From a bacterium (lineage in GTDB: Bacteria > Patescibacteriota > Saccharimonadia > Saccharimonadales > UBA4665), in the NCBI GenBank assembly GCA_021811625.1, contig JAJZNU010000008.1:331-64330 (forward strand): a DNA stretch of 64,000 nt, written 5' to 3'. This document shows positions 57,117-64,000 of the stretch, one piece after another; the stretch's first letter is position 1; each line of letters begins with the position of its first letter. Below the pieces are notes generated by a model. The model had not been told where the DNA came from. It worked only from the letters and a program-made list of their open reading frames with translations, and did not search any database. The translations under genes were made by a program, and so were the position numbers.

Positions 57117-58901
57117 ATGATACCGTCTGTTAAAAAAGCGGCGTCTACGTCGGATCCGGCCCGAAGGACGCATATGTTGTATCTCGCTCTAATGGCGGTA
57201 ATGGCGGTGTTTGCCCTCAGATTGTTTTATGTTCAGATCATACGCTATGGGTATTATCATGCTCAGGCACTAAGTGATCAGCAGAAGGAATATGAGATTC
57301 CGGCAACAAGGGGTATTATCGAGGCACATTTGGGCAACTCCATTGTCCCTATCGTACTCAATCAGGAGCTATATACGCTCTATGCCGATCCGACTCTTAT
57401 CAAAGACCCAGCTCAGGATGCCTCTAATATCGCTAAAGTCATAGGCGGGTCGGCCAACACCTACAAACAACTGCTTCTAACCAAAGGCACTCGTTACGTC
57501 ATTCTGGCTAGGCAGCTTACAAAAAGCCAATCGTCACAGATTTTAGGGTTTAAATATCCTGGTATCGGTACACAGGGTCAAGACTATCGAACATATCCGG
57601 ACGGTAGTTTAGCTTCGCAGACCCTGGGTTTTGTTAACGCTAGCGGGCAAGGGGAATATGGACTAGAGCAGGCACTTAATACTGAACTATCAGGTACTCC
57701 GGGTAAACTTAAGGCCATAACCGATGCTAACGGTGTGCCATTGGCTGCTGTGCCTGGCAACATTGACAGGGCTCCAATACCCGGCGACAACATTGTGACG
57801 ACTCTCAATATGGGAATTCAAGCTCAGATGGAACAAATTCTCCAGGCTGAATACAAAAAAACTAATTCGCAAGGTCTGAGCGCTATTATTATGAATCCGG
57901 ATAACGGCCAAATCGACGCTATGGCCAATTACCCGACTTACAATCCGGCGAATTATTCAGCGGTCACTAACCCCATGCTATTTCAGAACGCTGCTGTTGA
58001 TGATCCTATTGAGCCCGGATCTACTATGAAGACCCTGACTACATCCGCGGCTCTAAATATGGGGGCTATACAACCGAACGAATCATTCTATGATCCAGCC
58101 CATTGGGTTATTGATGGGTTTAACATTACCGATATTAAACAGGACGGCGGTGCAAGGGTCCAAAATATTGCCAGTATCTTGGCTTTGTCGCTTAACACTG
58201 GTGCTACTTGGATGCTGATGCAGATGAGCAATCCTGGAGGGACCACTATTAACGGGAAAGGGATTACTGCCTGGCATAATTACATGGTTAACCATTTTCG
58301 GCTGGGCCAGCTCACCGGTATACAACAGGGCTATGAATCACCGGGATACGTCCCACCAGCTAATCTCGCCGATCCAAGTATTGATCTACGCTACGCAAAC
58401 ACGGCCTTTGGTCAAGGAGTTCAGATTACCGCCTTGCAGCTAGCGACAGCTCTATCCAGTGTTCTGAATGGCGGCACCTACTATCAGCCTACTTTAGTGG
58501 ACGAAACTATTAAACCGGATGGTACGGTGGTTAAGTTTCAACCAAAGGTGCTCGAGAGGAACGTAGTTAAACCCAACATCGGGCAGGAGCTGATCCCGCT
58601 CATGCAAAATGTCGTCTTAGCTTACTTACATGGAGGCTTCTACTTTATGAACTTTCCCTCTAATTACCTAGTTGGAGGAAAAACGGGGACGGCGCAAGTT
58701 GCACGACCTACCGGTGGCTACTACTCGAATATTTTTAATGGTACATATATCGGTTTTGTCGGCCAGAAAACACCCCAGTACGTTATAATCGTTTACAATA
58801 TTAAGCCCAATGTGCCGGGTTATGCCGGTTCGCTAGGAGGGCAACCGGTATTTGCCGATCTAGCTCACATGTTGATCAATGAAGGCTACGTAACCCACTG
58901 A
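57117..58901 (+). CDS. ftsI: Class B penicillin-binding protein (FtsI-type transpeptidase)
   Basis: N-terminal TM and PBP dimer domain. The motifs are STMK (EPGSTMKTLT), SLN (ALSLNTGA) and KTG (GGKTGTAQ). Confidence 0.92.
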   Translation: MIPSVKKAASTSDPARRTHMLYLALMAVMAVFALRLFYVQIIRYGYYHAQALSDQQKEYEIPATRGIIEAHLGNSIVPIVLNQELYTLYADPTLIKDPAQDASNIAKVIGGSANTYKQLLLTKGTRYVILARQLTKSQSSQILGFKYPGIGTQGQDYRTYPDGSLASQTLGFVNASGQGEYGLEQALNTELSGTPGKLKAITDANGVPLAAVPGNIDRAPIPGDNIVTTLNMGIQAQMEQILQAEYKKTNSQGLSAIIMNPDNGQIDAMANYPTYNPANYSAVTNPMLFQNAAVDDPIEPGSTMKTLTTSAALNMGAIQPNESFYDPAHWVIDGFNITDIKQDGGARVQNIASILALSLNTGATWMLMQMSNPGGTTINGKGITAWHNYMVNHFRLGQLTGIQQGYESPGYVPPANLADPSIDLRYANTAFGQGVQITALQLATALSSVLNGGTYYQPTLVDETIKPDGTVVKFQPKVLERNVVKPNIGQELIPLMQNVVLAYLHGGFYFMNFPSNYLVGGKTGTAQVARPTGGYYSNIFNGTYIGFVGQKTPQYVIIVYNIKPNVPGYAGSLGGQPVFADLAHMLINEGYVTH

Positions 58902-58934
58902 TCCTAAGATGTTATAATATAAGGAAATCTTCTC

Positions 58935-59978
58935 ATGAAACACACACTAAGTTTTGCCGTCCAAACAAGCACCTTAATTCATATATTCGCTCTAGGTTTT
59001 TTGGGCTTCTTATTGGCCATGGCCCTGACGCCTATATTCACCACTATGGCCTACAGGCATCAGTGGTGGAAAAAAGCCAGAAGTGACGCTTGGTCGGGAG
59101 GTAAAGCAACAGTCTATAACAAACTGCATGCCGCTAAACACCGCAGCAACATCCCGAACATGGCTGGTCTTATATTTGTAGTTTCGATTGTCATTGTTAC
59201 CGCTGTCACCAATCTGTCTAGGGGTGAGACGTGGCTACCGTTGGCGGGTATGGTTGGTGCCGGGCTCGTCGGGCTAGCCGATGATGTGATGAATATCCGC
59301 GGCGTAAATGCTGCGATCGCCGGTATGAAGGCCAAGGTCAAGTTTTTGCTCTATAGCGTGGTCGCTTTAGTGGGGGGCTGGTGGTTCTGGGAAAAACTCG
59401 GTGTTCATACCATCTATCTCCCGGGGTTGCATGACATAAACATCGGGGCGGCGGTCATTCCGTTATTCTGGTTCGTGGTTGTCGCTACCGCTAATTCGGT
59501 GAATATTACCGATGGACTGGACGGGCTGGCGGGCGGTCTTTTGTCTTCTTCTTTCGGCACCTACGCCATCATTGCCGGCATTGAGGGGAAATATGCCTTG
59601 GCGGCCTTCTGTCTGACGGTAGTTGGAGCGCTACTCAGCTATACCTGGTTTAATATATATCCGGCTCGTTTCTTTATGGGTGATGTTGGTTCGTTCGCGC
59701 TTGGTACGGCTCTAGGTATTATTGCTATGCAGACTAATACCATTTATGTGTTGCCGATTATTGGGGCGGTCTACGTAGTTGAGACCGGCTCTGTTATTAT
59801 CAACCGGGCTTCGCGGAAGCTTCGTCATGGCAAAAAAGTCTTCCTTTCTTCGCCCATACATCATCATTTCGAAGCAATCGGCTGGCCGGAAACCAAAGTC
59901 ACCATGCGCTTTTGGATTCTGGGACAAGTAGCGGCCGTTTTGGGGCTGATACTATTCCTAATCGGGAGATATAACTAG
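58935..59978 (+). CDS. mraY: Phospho-N-acetylmuramoyl-pentapeptide transferase MraY
   Basis: NSVNITDGLDGLAGG, FMGDVGS and SPIHHHFE, with about 10 TM helices. Confidence 0.96.
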   Translation: MKHTLSFAVQTSTLIHIFALGFLGFLLAMALTPIFTTMAYRHQWWKKARSDAWSGGKATVYNKLHAAKHRSNIPNMAGLIFVVSIVIVTAVTNLSRGETWLPLAGMVGAGLVGLADDVMNIRGVNAAIAGMKAKVKFLLYSVVALVGGWWFWEKLGVHTIYLPGLHDINIGAAVIPLFWFVVVATANSVNITDGLDGLAGGLLSSSFGTYAIIAGIEGKYALAAFCLTVVGALLSYTWFNIYPARFFMGDVGSFALGTALGIIAMQTNTIYVLPIIGAVYVVETGSVIINRASRKLRHGKKVFLSSPIHHHFEAIGWPETKVTMRFWILGQVAAVLGLILFLIGRYN

Positions 59979-59982
59979 GTCT

Positions 59983-61263
59983 ATGAATCCTGGATTTCAG
60001 CCTTGGCGGCAACTGTTGAAACAGCGGGCTGAAGTACCAGAACAGCCTTTACCGAGACGTCACCGTCCGGACTACTGGTTGGCGATTATCGTGATCAGCT
60101 TACTGGTTATCGGTCTAGTAGTCATTTATTCAATTGGGACAGCCCTGGGGCTCGCCAACAACGTCAGTAGCAACTACTATATCGATAGACAGATGCTGGC
60201 GATCGGTCTAAGCGCCATAGCCTTCGCAATTGCATCTAGTATACCGCTGGAGTGGTGGCGGAGGTATTATAAGCTGCTCTTGGCTGCTGGAGCGCTAGCG
60301 ACTTTAATGGCCGTCCTAATGCCGGTTAATCCTCAATATCCTGCTCACCGATGGGTTAGACTTGGCAGCTTGTCATTTCAATCCGTAGAATTGGTGACAT
60401 TTGCCGTCGTTATCTGGTTGGCGAAATTTTTGGCTGATCGGATGAGGAAAAATCAATTGAGTGACACCAGAAAGACCTTGTGGCCATTAATTGCCGCCTT
60501 AGTAATTCTGGGGGTGGCGATTGCCGGGGTCCAAAGCGACCTAGGTTCAATAGGTGTAATTTTGGCGGTAATGAGTGTGATGATATTTGTAGCCGGTATG
60601 CCTTTAAAGAAAATAGTAATGGTAACTCTTCTAATTTTGGTGGTTGGTGGACTGGCCATATCGACGACCCCTTACCGCCGAGAACGATTGGCGACGTTTT
60701 TACACCCGACATCTAATTGCTTAGGCAACGGCTATCAATCATGTCAGGCACTTATTGCGGTAGGATCGGGGGGAGCCGTGGGACTGGGTTTGGGGCGAAG
60801 CGTTCAGGCCTATGGATATTTGCCCGAATCAGCGAATGACTCCATTTTTGCTATCTACAGTGAGAAATTTGGTTTTATCGGTGACCTTGTATTGTTGGGG
60901 CTGTTTGCGGCGTTATTTACGCGAATTAAGAAAATAGCCATGCAGGCTCCCAACAACTTTACGAGACTACTAGCCATCGGGATTCTGGCCTGGCTTAGTA
61001 CTCAGGCATTGATAAACATTGGTGCTATGATCGGGTTATTGCCGCTTAAAGGGATCACGCTGCCATTAATTAGCTACGGGGGGACCAGTATCCTGTTTAT
61101 AATGCTGGCGATCGGCATATTATTCCAGATTTCACGGTATACTAGCTACGTGGCCCTAAACCGCGATCTTGGCGGACGGCAGAAAGAAGGCAATAATGAC
61201 AATCATTCTGACAGGAGGCGGCTCGGGCGGGCATATAACACCTCTCCTGGCGGTCGCTCGTGA
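59983..61263 (+). CDS. ftsW: SEDS-family peptidoglycan polymerase FtsW
   Basis: About 10 TM helices, LPESANDSIFAIYSEKFGF and LPLISYGGTS motifs. The hydrophilic tail overlaps the murG start. Confidence 0.9.
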   Translation: MNPGFQPWRQLLKQRAEVPEQPLPRRHRPDYWLAIIVISLLVIGLVVIYSIGTALGLANNVSSNYYIDRQMLAIGLSAIAFAIASSIPLEWWRRYYKLLLAAGALATLMAVLMPVNPQYPAHRWVRLGSLSFQSVELVTFAVVIWLAKFLADRMRKNQLSDTRKTLWPLIAALVILGVAIAGVQSDLGSIGVILAVMSVMIFVAGMPLKKIVMVTLLILVVGGLAISTTPYRRERLATFLHPTSNCLGNGYQSCQALIAVGSGGAVGLGLGRSVQAYGYLPESANDSIFAIYSEKFGFIGDLVLLGLFAALFTRIKKIAMQAPNNFTRLLAIGILAWLSTQALINIGAMIGLLPLKGITLPLISYGGTSILFIMLAIGILFQISRYTSYVALNRDLGGRQKEGNNDNHSDRRRLGRAYNTSPGGRS

Positions 61264-62359
61264 ATTAAAACAACTCGATCCTAAAGTACGCCTCATCTAT
61301 ATCGGTCAACGTAACGACAAACTCGGGGATATTCCTAAAAATGATCCGGATATTGACGAAACCTATGTCATCAGAGCCGGAAAACTGCGTCGCTACCACG
61401 GGCAAAATATACTACGTCAATTAGCCGATCTACCGACGATGGCAAAGAACGTTCGCGATGGCTTCAGAGTTGCGGTAGGTTTAATCGAGGCTAGACTGCT
61501 ATTAAAGAAGTTGAAACCGGACATTATCTTCATCAAGGGCGGATTCGTGGGGGTTCCCGTCGGTTTGGCGGCAGCTTGGTGTAAGATCCCCTTTATAACC
61601 CATGATTCCGATGCCGTACCTGGCTTAGCAAACAGAATAATTGGTCGGTGGGCTAAAGTCCATGCTGTAGCTCTGCCCAAAGAGGTATACTCTTATCCGC
61701 CAGATAAAACAACAACCGTTGGCGTACCTGTCCAGGGGTATTTTAAACGCGTCGATGATAAATTGAAGCGTCAATACCGTCGCGAGTTAAAACTCGACAA
61801 ATACAAGGAGATCATCTTTGTTACGGGCGGAGGGCAGGGTGCTAAGAAACTAAATTCGATGGTTAGCGACAGCGTCTCGACATGGCTGAAGCGCTACGAG
61901 GACCTGGTGGTTATCCATGTAGCGGGACGAACCCACGAAAAACAAATAGCCGACGATTATGCCAAAGCACTACCTCCTTCGAACGTTGCCAGAGTTTTAG
62001 TAAAGGGTTACGTAGAAGATTTGTACCGATATAGCGGTGCGGCGGATTTAGTAATCGCCAGAGCAGGGGCCACGAATATTGCTGAATTCGCTGTCCAGGC
62101 AAAGGCCTGCATTATCGTCCCCAACCCCCTCTTGACCGGTGGTCATCAGCTTAAAAATGCCGAAATCTTAGAGAAGAGTGGGGCAGTGAAGGTCGTCAAA
62201 GAACCAAAAACAGGGGCGGGGGAGTTAATAGCAGCTACTATAGAACTACTGGATAATGCGACGGAGCGGGAGCGATTAGAACAAAATATTTATTCATTTG
62301 CGAAGCCAGACTCTGCACGACAATTGTCTGAACTCATTAGGCGAAATGCCCAGAAGTAA
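61196..62359 (+). CDS. murG: Lipid II synthase MurG (UDP-GlcNAc transferase)
   Basis: MTIILTGGGSGGHITPLLAVAREL (G-loop 1), ARAGATNIAEF and GGHQLKNAE. ATG 61196, after AGAAAGAAGG, is preferred over TTG 61169. Confidence 0.93.
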   Translation: MTIILTGGGSGGHITPLLAVARELKQLDPKVRLIYIGQRNDKLGDIPKNDPDIDETYVIRAGKLRRYHGQNILRQLADLPTMAKNVRDGFRVAVGLIEARLLLKKLKPDIIFIKGGFVGVPVGLAAAWCKIPFITHDSDAVPGLANRIIGRWAKVHAVALPKEVYSYPPDKTTTVGVPVQGYFKRVDDKLKRQYRRELKLDKYKEIIFVTGGGQGAKKLNSMVSDSVSTWLKRYEDLVVIHVAGRTHEKQIADDYAKALPPSNVARVLVKGYVEDLYRYSGAADLVIARAGATNIAEFAVQAKACIIVPNPLLTGGHQLKNAEILEKSGAVKVVKEPKTGAGELIAATIELLDNATERERLEQNIYSFAKPDSARQLSELIRRNAQK

Positions 62360-62373
62360 ACTAAAATGTAGTT

Positions 62374-63309
62374 ATGTTTAGAAAACAAAAATCGTTGCCT
62401 GCCCGAGAACGACGGCAGAGCATTTCCCAAGATCTGCCAAGAGCAAAAAGTTTTTCTTATTATGACGCCCGATCCTCACGAGCAACAGATAGTATTCGCC
62501 GAATACCGATCAAAGAAACTAAAAGCCCTACTGAGCCGGTGTACCATCGACTTCGGGTCCGGACGGTCTTACTTATGATAGTTATTCTATTCTCGGCACT
62601 CTATGAATCAACTCTCAGTAGCAATCCCAAGGTGGTTATATTAAATCCGAAAAAAGCGGACAATATGCTTTTGAAACCTGTTTCGGTCTATCAGGCTGCG
62701 GCATCTAAGCTTATCAGTGCTTCGATAAGCAATCAAAATAAGTTGAGTATAAATACCTCAAAACTGGATAGTGAGTTGCAGCAACAGTTTCCGGAATTAG
62801 TAAGTGTGAGCTTTAATGTACCGCTACTTGGCCGACAGCTGGATTTGGATATTGTCGTCGCAAAACCGGAACTTATTCTAAATACCTCGGCATCGGGTAA
62901 ATTCATAATAGACGATGCCGGCAAAGCCGTTGCAAGCGATATTGGTCCGGCGGCACAGAAACTTAGCGGAATAACGCTACCGGTCGTAACCTATCAATCT
63001 ATTACGACCGTGAAACCTGGAGATACGGTACTCGCCTCATCTGACGTAAGTTTTATTAATATGGTCGAATATCAGCTCAGCGCCCATCATATATCCGTTC
63101 AATCGATGCAAGTCCCATCGGGGTCAAGAGAATTAGATGTTTATATATCCGGTGTACCATATTTTGTAAAATTTAACTTAAACGACAGCAACAGTACAGG
63201 GCAGCAGATCGGCACGTATTTAGCTACCGCACAGTATCTGGCAGGGAACCATATCACTCCATCGACCTATATAGATAGTCGGATACCGGGAAGAGTTTAC
63301 TATAAATAG
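62374..63309 (+). CDS. ftsQ: Cell-division protein FtsQ/DivIB-like
   Basis: Basic N-terminus, one TM (TVLLMIVILFSALY) and an extracytoplasmic POTRA-like/beta domain. It sits after murG. Confidence 0.6.
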   Translation: MFRKQKSLPARERRQSISQDLPRAKSFSYYDARSSRATDSIRRIPIKETKSPTEPVYHRLRVRTVLLMIVILFSALYESTLSSNPKVVILNPKKADNMLLKPVSVYQAAASKLISASISNQNKLSINTSKLDSELQQQFPELVSVSFNVPLLGRQLDLDIVVAKPELILNTSASGKFIIDDAGKAVASDIGPAAQKLSGITLPVVTYQSITTVKPGDTVLASSDVSFINMVEYQLSAHHISVQSMQVPSGSRELDVYISGVPYFVKFNLNDSNSTGQQIGTYLATAQYLAGNHITPSTYIDSRIPGRVYYK

Positions 63310-63542
63310 CCAACGTTAGTATCGTTCATAAAAATAAACAATTTCACTCAATTAACCCCACTCTACCCCGACAGTTCGTACTTTGTTCACATTATGTTAT
63401 TTATCCGTATGCCGCCTAAAAAATATATATCACTATCACAAAAGGGGGAAGTCAAATTTTAGCAAAATTCTGCAGGTGAGTAGGGCGCGTGAAAAAAACA
63501 TATAAAGCAACACCAATATTACAAAAAGCAAGTTTTCACGAC

Positions 63543-63558
63543 ATAACTGTGGAAAAGT
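63543..63558 (+). repeat. 16-mer ATAACTGTGGAAAAGT (relaxed DnaA-box complement TGTGGAAAA), copy 2
   Basis: 15 of 16 positions match 54738-54753. It lies in the ORF-free tract after ftsQ. Confidence 0.6.
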
Positions 63559-64000
63559 CAAACTAGCGTCACGATGTCGCTTAGATACGCTATAGGGTCT
63601 AAGGTATTCTCAAGCGTACCGGACGAATAGATAGTAAATGATGGTACTTGAGGGAGTTTGAAATACACTAAGCACATTAAAATATTAAACATTATGACGT
63701 GGAGCTCCGACCCGTCCCCTGCAGGGGTTGTATTGTTTACCGTTTATTTCAATTAATACTATGTCGCAAAAGATACATTGTGCGACATCACGTGTATGCT
63801 TCAAAAAGACTTCACTCTCCCGCTAGTTTGTGCTTCGCTCTTTCCTATTTTGCATGTTAGTAATTATTTTCTACTGCTCTTCCAGTCTCTCTTCATTAAA
63901 TCGTAATTTTTTATTTTTGTACCTTCTGCTTTACCGCAGTAGCAATATTTATGTTAGTTCGTAATATGTTCAGGCTGTCATTCTTTTATCGCTAATGAAT

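Overview
This is a gene-dense window of about 60 CDS, mostly on the plus strand, from a small and streamlined bacterial chromosome. No rRNA, tRNA or CRISPR array was seen by eye. Gene content and order point to a monoderm CPR/Patescibacteria lineage such as Saccharibacteria. This is an inference, not a database result. The supporting features are parAB, an LCP ligase, a class I LysRS, cohesin-type surface proteins, and two stripped clusters. The rpsB-tsf-frr-rseP-proS cluster lacks pyrH/uppS/cdsA/dxr. The mraZ-rsmH-ftsL-ftsI-mraY-ftsW-murG-ftsQ cluster lacks all mur ligases. RF1 and RF2 are both intact and no ORF needs stop-codon read-through, so the standard code applies.

Most genes are housekeeping:
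- Translation: rpsB, tsf, frr, rpmE, rpmA, proS, class I lysRS, serS, glyQS, prfA/prmC, prfB, hpf.
- Secretion and envelope: secA, lepB, htrA, rseP, a CPBP protease, ftsEX, a CHAP hydrolase, ctp.
- DNA: xseAB, recO, rnhA, a PIF1-type helicase.

Items worth a second look, in rough order of interest:
1. A clear heliorhodopsin gene (21625-22431) sits in a tight co-directional array with a deoxyribosyltransferase-like gene, a HAD phosphatase and a Cas4-like nuclease. No retinal pathway is present in the window.
2. A convergent cohesin/dockerin gene pair (9876-13084) would tether an S53 sedolisin-type protease to a membrane-anchored scaffold.
3. An adjacent soluble histidine-kinase-like and receiver-like pair (45167-46345) has both phospho-acceptor residues replaced by Glu.
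4. A chymotrypsin-fold protease island is flanked by unusually long AT-rich spacers.
5. The non-coding regions around the dcw cluster are rich in repeats: a GTGGG array, DnaA-box-like motifs, and shared 15/16-mers.
6. A 690-nt tract with no ORF of 60 aa or more follows ftsQ.

All family assignments come from motif recognition by eye. HMM or BLAST searches are needed to confirm them.
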